This document shows, one piece after another, positions 33,891 through 45,749 of a stretch of DNA of 45,749 nucleotides; the stretch's first letter is position 1; the number at the start of each line of letters is the position of its first letter. This stretch comes from Octopus bimaculoides (Eukaryota). Location: the NCBI RefSeq assembly GCF_001194135.2, contig NC_068982.1, forward strand, positions 105,468,088-105,513,836, read 5' to 3'. The notes beneath the pieces were generated by a model, which did not search any database, was not told the DNA's origin, and worked only from the letters and a program-made list of their open reading frames with translations. Made by a program: the position numbers and the translations under genes.

Positions 33891-35926
33891 ATTAGGTGAG
33901 ACAGGCTGATACTGAAGTAGCTTCGCTGATTGACTGATGATGGTCTTGTCTAGAGAATGCGTGGTCTAAGACTATGCGCCCTCCATTTGTCAGTTAAAGT
34001 TTAGACAGTGTCATGTGACAACTTGCTGGGGCTGCCTGCTGGAGCCTAGCAGCTGGTATTTAAAGGGAAATTTGACAAGACAGTCAGTTGCTCGCTGACA
34101 CTCGTTGATGCTACATTGAAGAGGCCAGGGAAGAGAAGAAAGAAGGAGAAAGAAGACATGCACTCAACACCAGAGCTGAAGACACCTCCAAAAGGGGAGT
34201 CCCCACCACGTCAAAATGGTAGAGGAATAGGGGCCAAAACTGGACATGGTTCCTCCTGATGGTGTCTTTAGCTAACTGGATCCTATAAAGGAGCTGTTGT
34301 GGTAGCAGACCACAAAACATGGTTGAAATTCCTCCTTGAAATGTTGGGTTATTATAATGCCTACTTCGGTATACATTATACTTAGTAAAACCAGTAAAGA
34401 CACAACTATCTCTGACCGCCTACTACGTACTCCTCTTTACTTATAGTGACTACGTTATTCCATTCATCACGTGGGAGGCGGGGGTGCCATTATTACTAAT
34501 TCCCTACAAGTGCATAGTGTATTTATTTAATAGACATAGAAGCTCCAGCAGGGAGTAGGCTTTCCTTTCAGAAATAATTTGATGCAAATATTAAGTCAAT
34601 CAAAAATACTACTCTCCCCAATGTTGCTGATATTAATATTCAAATTGTTGCTATATTACCATTTTATACCGCATTGTGTCTTCCAGTTGTCTACAAGAAG
34701 AGAATATTGCTCTACCATAAGGGTTAATATGAACCTCCTTGGAGACTTTTATACCAATATCAGGTCTATACTTTAATATCTTAGAAGCTTACACAAATGG
34801 AGGATAAGTGATACTGGCTGTAGTTTTTGTATTAACATTGAGGATTCTAAAGTCATCTGAATGTATATATGTGTATATGATAAATTGTTACTCACGACTG
34901 ACTTCATTAGATGCTGACAATATTGCTATGTCACAACCTATAATCTTATGCAACTTATCAACCATGAGAATGAGTAATAAGATAAAATGATGAATAAAGC
35001 TGAGCTTTAAGTATAATCAAAACCAGTGAAAATATTCAGTACAATAGAATTCAAGGAGTTCAAATGGATGCATCATTTCCAGAAATAATTATGCATAACT
35101 TTAGCAGGGCTTCTAGTCGAGAAAATTGCAAGGCAACTTAGTCTGAGCTGAAAGCAACTGTAATTCACGTAGCTTTCTCTGATTTTGATGAGGAAACTTC
35201 AAGCTTAACCTGACTTATTTTGATCAAAATCTGTTTCTAGAATAAAATTAAAACAAGCAGTGTCACATGGGATTTAACTGCAAAGTTCAAATACTGAAGA
35301 AACAAAAGGAGACCAGGAAATAATTAATTTTTTGTAGGATACCCACTCAAACATATTGAAAATATTAGTAGTGAACGAAAGTAAATGCATTTTTCATTCG
35401 AAAAGCTCAGTGATTTAGTATTCAAATTTTAGAATCAAAGAATCAAAGACTTCTTTCCATTCTCAACAAATCAAAAATGCCTCTGTAGATGCCAGTAAAC
35501 TTCCCATTGTAAAAAAAAAAATCAGCTTTGTTTTTTATGAAAAGAAATAGTAATTATCATTATCAACTACCAAAAAATGGAATTGAAAAAATGGTAAAGT
35601 GCCAAACCAAATGTGTTAAAGTATTCAGTTTTGTTCCATTAAATTCAAATCCCACAAACTTCACCTTTGCTATTTACCATTTCAGGGTTAATATAACAAG
35701 TACCTTAAAATTATGTGGCCTTGTTCCAATGCAAGATATCATTAACATCAGCCATTATTCTGGATTTATACTGCAATATTGATAAACTAAATTATTGATG
35801 TACTGCAGTGCTAGTACACTTACAATTTGGCATTTGATATAAAACTCTGGCATTTTTCTTGTACAACCATGTCAGGTTATAATTTTATAGATTGTCACAG
35901 TGGTGGGGTATAATGTGGAAATTTCT

Positions 35927-35968
<42 letters not shown>

Positions 35969-36352
35969 ACTCAACTAAATATGTGTCTGTATGAATCTCG
36001 TGATTTTGGGATTTCAGTGTTTTATATGCAGCGTACACAATCATTATTGGGGGAGAGAGGTTTTATGACTATACATATACATCTTACAGTAGCACACCAT
36101 GGTGCATTTTTCGTGTAAAAAATAAAACATAAAAGAACAGGCAGAATTGCCAACTAGAAAAATGAATAATATATACACACTCATAATATATCTTGACATG
36201 TCTTTGAGAAAAAATGTAAATGATTTATCACAAGAAAGTGTTCTACATCCTTAAGAATGAGGCTAGTATTAAATTAAATCATGCAATATATACAATACAA
36301 TATATACAATATTAACTATTTTGATATACAAAGCACTTTCATGCCATAGCAT

Positions 36353-36900
36353 TCATCATCATCATCATCGTTTAACGCCCGCTTTCCATGCTGGCATGGG
36401 TTGGACGATTTGACTGAGGACTGGTGAAATCGGATGGCAACACCAGGCTCCAATCTAATTTGGCAGAGTTTCTACAGCTGTATGCCCTTCCTAACTCCAA
36501 CCACTCCGAGAGTGTAGTGGGTGCTTTTACGTGTNNNNNNNNNNAATCTAATTTGGCAGAGTTTCTACAGCTGTATGCCCTTCCTAACTCCAACCACTCC
36601 GAGAGTGTAGTGGGTGCTTTTACGTGTCACCTGCACGAGGGCCAGTCAGGCGGTACTGGCAACGGCCATGCTCAAAATGGTGTCTTTTATGTGCCACCCG
36701 CACAAGAGCCAGTCCAGCGGCACTGGTAACGATCTCGCTCAAAAATCCTATGAAGGCCAGTCAGGCAGTACTGGCAACGGCCACGCTCAAAATGGTGCAT
36801 CCCATGTGCCACCCACACAAGAGCCAGTCCAGGGGCACTGGCAACAATCTCACTTGGCTTGCCTGGTCTTCTCACGCACAGCACATTTCCAAAGGTCTCG
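36353..36900 (-). mobile_element. RTE-tail SINE-like copy (contains a 10-N gap and a duplicated 83 bp)
   Basis: Family match. Confidence 0.85.
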
Positions 36901-37959
36901 GTCAGTAGTCNNNNNNNNNNNNNNNNNNNNNNNNNNNNNNNNNNNNNNNNNNNNNNNNNNNNNNNNNNNNNNNNNNNNNNNNNNNNNNNNNNNNNNNNNN
37001 NNNNNNNNNNNNNNNNNNNNNNNNNNNNNNNNNNNNNNNNNNNNNNNNNNNNNNNNNNNNNNNNNNNNNNNNNNNNNNNNNNNNNNNNNNNNNNNNNNNN
37101 NNNNNNNNNNNNNNNNNNNNNNNNNNNNNNNNNNNNNNNNNNNNNNNNNNNNNNNNNNNNNNNNNNNNNNNNNNNNNNNNNNNNNNNNNNNNNNNNNNNN
37201 NNNNNNNNNNNNNNNNNNNNNNNNNNNNNNNNNNNNNNNNNNNNNNNNNNNNNNNNNNNNNNNNNNNNNNNNNNNNNNNNNNNNNNNNNNNNNNNNNNNN
37301 NNNNNNNNNNNNNNNNNNNNNNNNNNNNNNNNNNNNNNNNNNNNNNNNNNNNNNNNNNNNNNNNNNNNNNNNNNNNNNNNNNNNNNNNNNNNNNNNNNNN
37401 NNNNNNNNNNNNNNNNNNNNNNNNNNNNNNNNNNNNNNNNNNNNNNNNNNNNNNNNNNNNNNNNNNNNNNNNNNNNNNNNNNNNNNNNNNNNNNNNNNNN
37501 NNNNNNNNNNNNNNNNNNNNNNNNNNNNNNNNNNNNNNNNNNNNNNNNNNNNNNNNNNNNNNNNNNNNNNNNNNNNNNNNNNNNNNNNNNNNNNNNNNNN
37601 NNNNNNNNNNNNNNNNNNNNNTACAACACTTAATTTAACGTTTAGCCTCTTCTTAACAAAGTAGAGTAATGTACTTTCTACTGTTAATTCATTTGCATTA
37701 ATTATTTGAGAAAGGTTGTGAACATGCATATATTACAATTATTTTGGTTGTAACACATGTTCTGTTGAGTTATATTAACTTCTTTTTTTTTATGAAAAAC
37801 ACATAACACTGTACTACAATATATTAAATATGCATGAACATAAAAATTTCTCTTCTTCTTTAATGATTGGGTATTAAACATGGAAATTTAAACCTCAAAG
37901 TCTAAAGTCTCCTACAAATATTCATTAACTTTATGTTATCTGTGCATGCAGACGGTGTT

Positions 37960-38590
37960 TTCAAACACAGTCAGCCAACACTTCTAGGCAATATGGTCAG
38001 ATGCCACAGTCACACAGTATTGTCTGACAATACTACCAGACAACCATTAAAAAGGCAATACTGTGAGTTAATATTGTCAAGTAACACTGTCATATAACAC
38101 TCTCAAATAACTGTAAGGTACTGCTGTTAGGTACCATAGTAAAGTAACACTCAGATAACACTGCCAGGTAACATTATAAGATAAGCACTGTTAAGTACTA
38201 TTGTCAGAACCATTATCATGCAACACTGTCAAACAGTGCTTTCAGACAACATTGCCAACCACACTATCAGGCTCTATGATCATGCAACACTGTCAAGCAA
38301 CATCGTCAGATAATACTGCCAGATACACAGTCAGATATGACTGTCAGCCAACACTGTGAAACAACATTGTCAGGTAACACATTTAGATACATTATCAAAC
38401 AACACTGCCAGCCATCACTACCAGGAACCACAAACAGATTGCATCACCAGTCAGTACTGTAGCACAACATTGTTGGATATAATTTTTGGGTCACTTGCAA
38501 GGCAACTTTGCCAAGTACCACTAAAGAGCACCTCTATAAGATACCAGTCAGGCACTACAGTTTAGGCAACACTATCAGGCTACACTATCA
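37960..38590. repeat. Ancient degenerate ~13-bp minisatellite (caacactgtcagg-like)
   Basis: Recurring caacactgtcaa, taacactgccagg, caacattgtcagg, caacactatcagg throughout. Confidence 0.75.
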
Positions 38591-39479
38591 ATAAACAAAG
38601 TAGAAAAGGTTTCTTTGTGCATCATCAACATTTGAACAAGAAACTGAACTCAATCCTGTTTTTTTAGCATCATTTCTATTGTATTTCACCTCTGAGGCTT
38701 CAAACTCTGAAATGTATCTGCTAACACTTTCATCCTTTTCCTGATTTGTGGTCTCACATAGCCATTCAGTTAACTTCCTGTGTGCCACAACTCTGCATGA
38801 TTGAAGCTCATCTAGAACACACTAGCAATTATCCTTCTTCCCCAGATTACAATTGTCTGGAACAACTATCTCTATACATATGTACATCTCTAATAGTCCT
38901 CCAGCATCATTTTAAATTATATTGTTAGCTGCACTAGCTTCACACATTGATCTCCATCAACCAGTCATAGACTGAAAGGGCAGGTAAGAAATGGCTATTG
39001 TCTGTGCAACTTCTTTTTAAGCTTATCTTCTGTGCTCCCTACCAACAATATTACATATATCAGATGTTTATTTTCAATTGAAAGAGAATGTTTCTATCTT
39101 TACTAACAGCTAAAGGTCCTTTACCTAAATTTGATAAAGCCATCAAAAAGTTTTATTGCCAGTATTACAATTGGTATTCGTCACAATACTGAACAGGTTG
39201 CCAGGACAACAGAAGTTTACTTCAATCTCAAGTGGGTTATTAAAGCAACCTGTAGTCTTTGGGAATCTAATCAATATCTTGTGATAATATATGCATTACA
39301 TTTGTTTGATCATTTCATTCATTATTGAAATGATATTTGTCATGACTGAAACAGACTTGTACATCCACCTACTTAAACACACATTTGCACACACACTCAC
39401 ACACACACCACAACACATCACATGAACACAGCACACACGTACATACACATATGCACACACACACACACACACACACACA

Positions 39480-39519
<40 letters not shown>

Positions 39520-40654
39520 NNNNNNNNNNNNNNNNNNNNNNNNNNNNNNNNNNNNNNNNNNNNNNNNNNNNNNNNNNNNNNNNNNNNNNNNNNNNNNNNN
39601 NNNNNNNNNNNNNNNNNNNNNNNNNNNNNNNNNNNNNNNNNNNNNNNNNNNNNNNNNNNNNNNNNNNNNNNNNNNNNNNNNNNNNNNNNNNNNNNNNNNN
39701 NNNNNNNNNNNNNNNNNNNNNNNNNNNNNNNNNNNNNNNNNNNNNNNNNNNNNNNNNNNNNNNNNNNNNNNNNNNNNNNNNNNNNNNNNNNNNNNNNNNN
39801 NNNNNNNNNNNNNNNNNNNNNNNNNNNNNNNNNNNNNNNNNNNNNNNNNNNNNNNNNNNNNNNNNNNNNNNNNNNNNNNNNNNNNNNNNNNNNNNNNNNN
39901 NNNNNNNNNNNNNNNNNNNNNNNNNNNNNNNNNNNNNNNNNNNNNNNNNNNNNNNNNNNNNNNNNNNNNNNNNNNNNNNNNNNNNNNNNNNNNNNNNNNN
40001 NNNNNNNNNNNNNNNNNNNNNNNNNNNNNNNNNNNNNNNNNNNNNNNNNNNNNNNNNNNNNNNNNNNNNNNNNNNNNNNNNNNNNNNNNNNNNNNNNNNN
40101 NNNNNNNNNNNNNNNNNNNNNNNNNNNNNNNNNNNNNNNNCCTAGCAGTAGCAGGTTGTACACTACATACTCCTGCACACATCCACTCACATGCATCTAC
40201 CTATGTGCATATATGTGCATGCATATGGGCATGCACACACAGACACACACATGCACATACACAGTTTGTAACTGCACACATATATACACAGTAGAGGAGA
40301 GAGGAAAATAAAATAATCTTGACGCAACAACAACAATGACAATAATAAAGCAATAACAGCAACTACAGTATGAAGTATCAGTGGCTTATATAAGAAAGTG
40401 AACTGAGACAATAGTTTAATGCCTCTGGCAGGTTTGTGGTAACAGTTTTAAAATTCTTCCTCTTAGGCAGACTTTACCTGGGATATTAAAGTCCATAGAT
40501 ATGCTTGTAATCCCTAGCAGTAGCAGGTTGTACACTACATACTCCTGCACACATCCACTCACATGCATCTACCTATGTGCATATATGTGCATGCATATGG
40601 GCATGCACACACAGACACACACATGCATACACATGCCAACAGGATGGTTTTCCA

Positions 40655-40852
40655 TACATAATGGTGTGCTGGGTGCTTTTTTTTTTGCAGTTCCATGTAA
40701 AAGCACCCACCACACTCTGCAGAGTAGTTAGAGTTAAGAAGGGCATCCAGCCATAGAAACCATGACAAATCAAACTGGAGTTTGGTGCAGCTCTGTTCAA
40801 ACCGTCCACCCCATGCCAGCATGGACAATAAACATTAAATGATGATGATGAA
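40655..40852 (+). mobile_element. Older RTE-tail SINE-like copy
   Basis: aagcacccaccacactctgc...gaagggcatccagcc...ccatgccagcatggacaataaacattaaatgatgatgatg. Confidence 0.7.
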
Positions 40853-41699
40853 AGGAAAGGGCTTTGACTGTTCCCTCTAGAATACCATAGTTCAACAGCT
40901 AGAGACTTCAGATTCACTCCTCACTAACAGAAGTTGAATAGTAAGCACATAAAGGGATTCATGGAATAGCAGAATATTGTTGCTACTAATACAAGGCTTC
41001 AGAACCATTCATGCAAGCTCTGGATATAGTGTCATACTTGGGGCAGCCTCACTCAGTTCTGCTGCATCCTAACTGGAAAGAAGTGCATTAAAAACATTAA
41101 ACATTCATGTGCACACAACACTTTTGAGGGCATTAAATCTAACCATAGAACTGTTTCATACAAAAGTCACATAAGTTACAAGAAGGACAAAGTACCAGTT
41201 AGAAATCCTATGAAACCAATCAACTGAGCAAAAGCAACAGGTCTATGTAATGAGTTTACTGTTGCATTACACAAGTTCATTCCTCTTTGTAACAGGCTTA
41301 AGAACAAGAATTGTAGTTAAGAACACAAATTTTTATATGATAGCCTAACCTCTACCAGTAGAGATATAACACTAGAATTGCTTCCAAAGAAACGAAGAAA
41401 GACAACTAACCTTTGCTTCCAATGAGAAGGTAACAGGAACCAGAAAGGATTTGAAGAAAACAACCCAGAAATACTAATCTATGTTCTCCAAGAGTAATGA
41501 AAGGAATCTCAGTTCAGCTAAAATTTCACTTAGTCGAGCATACAAAGAGGCACTAGAAATACATTAAATCCAAACCTAAAGAATGCAACAACCTCTACAA
41601 AGGGTAGCTTTGAGGAAACTTAGTAACAAGAGATCTGCAGTGATTCTGCATTTTTGGGGGGAAACCACTGACTAGTCCCTAAATGCTTGGTTTCAGTAC

Positions 41700-42185
41700 T
41701 TTAAATAGTTACTTGGTAACACAGAGTTATGTAACACCAAATTTGATGACAATCCTTTCTTCAACCACAAAGCTGGAGATAGCATGCCAATCCAGATTGG
41801 CCCATTTACCACTGAAGAGCTTCAAAAATGCCCCAAAAGGTTGAGAAACAACAAAACATGAGATGTGATTTACATCTCACCCATTATCTAGAAGTGTTTA
41901 CTCTTCCAGAAACATCTGTAAGACTTCTGCAATGAAATCATTAAAGCAAACAAATCAATGGCTTTTTTTAAAGTCTTCAGTTATTCTACCTTCAAAAAAT
42001 GATGATCTTTACTTACCTCAGAATTACAAAGAATTACACTCTCACTCTTAGCCTAAAAATTCTATAACTTTTTGCTATCTAATAGAATTACCCCTCACAT
42101 TGATCCTTATTCTAAGACGGAGCCAAAACAGCTTCTGCAAATGTAGACCAACACACCTACGGATCCTTGCCTATATAAGAATTAT
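41700..42185 (+). mobile_element. Decayed RTE-like LINE reverse transcriptase N-terminal fragment (likely extends upstream to about 41200)
   Basis: GPFTTEELQK...VILP.KKDDL..PQNYK.ITL..LA*KFYNFLLSNRITPHID..LRRSQNSF..CRPT..RIL.YIRI matches RT domains 1-2 with frameshifts. Confidence 0.8.
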
Positions 42186-42234
42186 GTGTGTGTGTGTGTG
42201 TGTGTGCGAGGAGAGAGAGAGAGAGAGAAAGAGT

Positions 42235-42597
42235 CATGGCCAATGTCAGTGTCACATAACTGACACCTGTGCTAGTGGTATGTAAAAGCACCCTTCAAAC
42301 GTAGGGCCTCATGGAGGCAATAATAAGTGACCGAGACCTTTGGCAATATGCTTTACTTGGAAAGACTTGTCAAGCCAAGTGATATCATAGTTGTGGCTGA
42401 TGCCGATGCTATGTAACTGGCACCATTGGTGGTGGCACATAAGAAACACCCACTACACTCTTGAAGTGGTTGGCTTTAGGAAGGGCATCTAGCTGTAGAA
42501 ACCATGCCAAGTCAGATAGGAACCTGGTGCAGCTTCCCAGCTTACAAGTTTTCAGTTAAACCATCCAACCCATGCCAGCATGGAAAATGGAAGTTAA

Positions 42598-42636
<39 letters not shown>
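42235..42636 (+). mobile_element. Older RTE-tail SINE-like copy
   Basis: Ends ccatgccagcatggaaaatggaagttaaaggatgatgatg. Confidence 0.75.
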
Positions 42637-42767
42637 NNNNNNNNNNNNNNNNNNNNNNNNNNNNNNNNNNNNNNNNNNNNNNNNNNNNNNNNNNNNNNNN
42701 NNNNNNNNNNNNNNNNNNNNNNNNNNNNNNNNNNNNNNNNNNNNNNNNNNNNNNNNNNNNNNNNNNN

Positions 42768-42814
<47 letters not shown>

Positions 42815-43139
42815 CCACATACACACACACACACACCCATGCACATACGGACTCACACATACATATGTGTATGTATGCATAAGTTTGTGAGGTGCGTGAC
42901 GTTCTGTAATGTAAATGGCCTAACTATTTGCAGCAACACTAACGTCCAATAAATCTGCCACCCATCTAATCCCCTACCATAACCTTTTCACCTCTAGACT
43001 GTTTGTCCATGTATGGAAGCTGCTTTGCATCTCCTTGAGATATTCTGTTATTAGCATCAGGTTATCAGTATAGGAAGTAATCAAGTACTATCTGAATACC
43101 TAGTGAAATTTATGACCTTCAGCACATGAATACAAACAT

Positions 43140-43209
<70 letters not shown>

Positions 43210-43315
43210 CAAATCACACACACACAATGTTCTTCCTTATTTATATCTACTTTACATTAAAATTTTTCAATTGTACAAACAGTATATAAATTGCTTATTT
43301 TCTTTTCTTTTTCAG

Positions 43316-43504
43316 GTTGTAGCAGTTATAGCAATTGTGATTAGTTATTATATTCTCTTAGGAACAAAAAAAGTTGTGACTGACGCTATAGATTTTATTT
43401 TGGACCCTGCCATTGTCCTTTTTATAGTAGCATCAATAACATGTATTATGGCTGTATTTGGATGTATTGGAACCATTAAAGGGAATAGGTATTTACTAAG
43501 AGTG
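43316..43504 (+). CDS. Tetraspanin coding exon: end of TM1, small extracellular loop, TM2, inner loop (TspanC8, TSPAN33/15-like)
   Basis: Acceptor ttttcttttctttttcAG (43314-15) and donor GTG|GTAAGT (43505); 189 nt, phase 0/0. VVAVIAIVISYYILLGTKKVVTDAIDFILDPAIVLFIVASITCIMAVFGCIGTIKGNRYLLRV contains the DPA..L and GCIG...N..LL motifs of TspanC8 tetraspanins and joins in frame to the 23642-23976 exon. Confidence 0.92.
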
Positions 43505-43624
43505 GTAAGTAATTTCACATTATACTTTTGCTTTAAGTTAGGTCTATAATCTGGTTTTGATTGATTGTTGTAATCATTTCTCTTCATTTCAGTTTATATT
43601 TTATTAAATGCAATTTACAGCATT

Positions 43625-44536
43625 TGCAGGTGACACGTAAAATATACCATTTCGAGCGTGGCCGTTGATCGTTACCAACGTCGCCTTCCTGGCACTTGTG
43701 CCGGTGGCACGTGAAAAGACAGTTGAGCGAGATCGTTGCCAGTACCGATGGACTGGCTCCTGTGCATGTGACATGTAAAATACACCATTTCAAGCGTGGC
43801 TGTTGCCAGTAAGACATTCGAGCGAGATCGTTGCCAGTACCGATGGACTGGCTCCTGTGCAGGTGACATGTAAAATACACCATTTCGAGCGTGGCTGTTG
43901 CCAGTAAGACATTCGAGCGAGATCGTTGCCAGTACCGATGGACTGGCTCCTGNNNNNNNNNNNNNNNNNNNNNNNNNNNNNNNNNNNNNNNNNNNNNNNN
44001 NNNNNNNNNNNNNNNNNNNNNNNNNNNNNNNNNNNNNNNNNNNNNNNNNNNNNNNNNNNNNNNNNNNNNNNNNNNNNNNNNNNNNNNNNNNNNNNNNNNN
44101 NNNNNNNNNNNNNNNNAAGCGTGGCTGTTGCCAGTAAGACATTCGAGCGAGATCGTTGCCAGTACCGATGGACTGGCTCCTGTGCAGGTGACATGTAAAA
44201 TACACCATTTCGAGCGTGGCTGTTGCCAGTAAGACATTCGAGCGAGGTCGTTGCCAGTGCTGATGGACTGGCTCCTGTGCAGGTGGCACGTAAAATACAC
44301 CATTTCGAGTGTGGCCATTGCCAGTACCCACCTGACTGGCCCTCGTGCCGGTGGCATGTAAAATCACCCACTACACTCTCGGAGTGGTTGGCGTTAGGAA
44401 GGGCATCCAGCTGTAGAAACTCTGCTAAATCAGATTGGAGCCTGGTGTCGCCTCCTGATCCACCAGTCCTCAGTCAAATCGTCCAACCCATGCTAGCATG
44501 GAAAGCAGACATTAAACGACGATGATGATGATGATG
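43625..44536 (+). mobile_element. RTE-tail SINE-like copy with internal 95-bp tandem amplification
   Basis: agtaagacattcg recurs at 43808, 43903, 44133 and 44228 (95-bp period on each side of the gap); the normal tail is at 44360-44536. Confidence 0.88.
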
Positions 44537-45517
44537 AATCTCATCAGATGCTCATCTCTCAGAAACAAATCCAAGAGCCACACCAGAGATCATTGCAAGG
44601 AAATACTTGCTCCTGTCCTCCAGTAAATATTTTTTAAAAGTACAGTGGAAGACATGTACTATGTATCTTCTGATCTCAAGATGACATGGAGTTATTTTCA
44701 GTTAAGAACCACACAACTAAGAGTGGGTTGTTCTGTGCTGTATTTTTTCTTTACTTGTTAGGTCTGGAGGAAAGAGTTGTATTTAAGGTCTTTGCATGTG
44801 TCTATATTTTTATATTGTTGAGTAGCACATTATTAATCATGACATATTAGGTCAGAATATTACTGAGTTTCATGCCAACTATTGCACTTGGCAATATTAA
44901 TGATTCCTCAGACATGCTGGCTGGAAGTGTAGAATATCTAGAAATGCTTGAGAGCAGAATATCTAGAAATTTTTTTAGTAGTATCATTAATATCTTAACT
45001 GCTTATTTTTTATTTATTTTTTTCTGGTGTTGTCTAAGAATGAAGAAAAGCATTTGTAGCTCTAAGACTAGTGGGAAGCAGGAAGTTATTATCAGATAAA
45101 ACTTTGCCCAAATATTTACAAAAGAGTGGATTCTTTTGAAGATATTCAAGAGCAGATTACCCATAGCAGGAACAATGCCTCTGACCTACTTCCACACAGT
45201 TTCCATCTCCCAAATGTCACTCACAAAGTGTTGGTCAGCTTGAGGCTATAGGAAGACATTTGGCTAAGGTTCCACTCAAAGCTACATACTTCAGAACTGG
45301 ACTTCTGAACTGGCCCACACATCTATGCTTGTGTTTTCTGTTGATAATGTTTCACATGAAAGACTCTATTTTATCTATTTAGCTGGTACACTTAAGCTCT
45401 TCATAAATACTCTATCTTAATTCTTTAGTCTTAACATTAGAATTCTATAAAAATCCAAGGATATAATACCTCTGGTGCTTGAATTATCTTGTGGTGGGTA
45501 AAACAGTACAGTTAAAA

Positions 45518-45749
45518 TCATCATCATCATCATCATCGTTTAACGTCCGCTTTCCATGCTAGCATGGGTTGGACGATTTGACTGAGGACTGGTGAAACCG
45601 GATGGCAACACCAAGCTCCAGTCTAATTTGGCAGAGTTTCTACAGCTGGATGCCCTTCCTAACGCCAACCACTCAGAGAGTGTAGTGGGTGCTTTTACGT
45701 GTCACCCGCACGAAAACGGCCACGCTCGAAATGGTGTCTTTTATGTGCC
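45518..45749 (-). mobile_element. RTE-tail SINE-like copy (runs off window)
   Basis: Family match; nearly identical to 1015-1167 over their overlap. Confidence 0.9.

Larger units (their letters stand above)
23977..43315 (+). other. GT-AG intron (19,339 bp) of the tetraspanin gene
   Basis: Defined by the two exons above. The spliced product ...LNLFSW|VVAVIAIV... gives a continuous TM1. I found no intervening tetraspanin-like exon. Confidence 0.8.

Noticed and set aside
34100-34330. Possible 5' end of a second tandem Hero copy (C.CG...KT..LK-like) after the 3' UTR
   Set aside because: Requires frameshifts and is too weak to call by eye.
36452-36627. 83-bp exact duplication on either side of a 10-N gap
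   Set aside because: Typical unmerged contig overlap, not a biological duplication.
38588-38860. Possible LTR-retrotransposon gag remnant (ESVSRYISEFE) on the minus strand
   Set aside because: Only a short motif-like resemblance, with no LTR, pol or zinc knuckle nearby; not supportable without a search.
36614-40311. 200-340 aa ORFs spanning N-gaps (also 2408-2875, 22121-22709, 42504-42890, 43584-44371)
   Set aside because: Artefacts of N runs, microsatellites and SINE sequence.
44540-45517. Next tetraspanin exon (TM3 and start of EC2)
   Set aside because: No acceptor followed by a TM3-like frame was found; it presumably lies beyond the window.

Overview
Eukaryotic, AT-rich, repeat-dense draft-assembly DNA with about 12 N-gaps. 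The repeat families resemble those I recall from octopus/coleoid cephalopod genomes (inference, not checked). The only well-supported gene is a + strand tetraspanin (TspanC8, TSPAN33/15-like). Two coding exons are visible (23642-23976 and 43316-43504), joined in phase 0 across a 19.3 kb intron, and the gene runs off the window. The first exon encodes an unusually long Ser/Thr-rich N-terminal tail with four 9-aa repeats. Nearly all other ORFs in the supplied track are artefacts of microsatellites or gaps. The rest is SINE-like retroposons with RTE-type (GAT)n tails, tRNA-headed SINEs, TTAA- and hAT-type MITEs, decayed RTE and Hero-like LINEs, and many mini/microsatellites. The most striking unexplained structure is at 24170-25659, at the start of the tetraspanin intron: three different fold-back (palindromic) elements sit between (TA)n tracts. 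Their arms carry type I hammerhead ribozyme motifs (CUGANGA...GAAA...GUH with reconstructable helices I-III), consistent with Penelope-like/retrozyme-type non-autonomous elements. About 0.7 kb downstream is a 250-bp GG..CC MITE with a 9-bp TSD whose 59-bp inverted arms enclose a telomere-type (CCCTAA)19 array.
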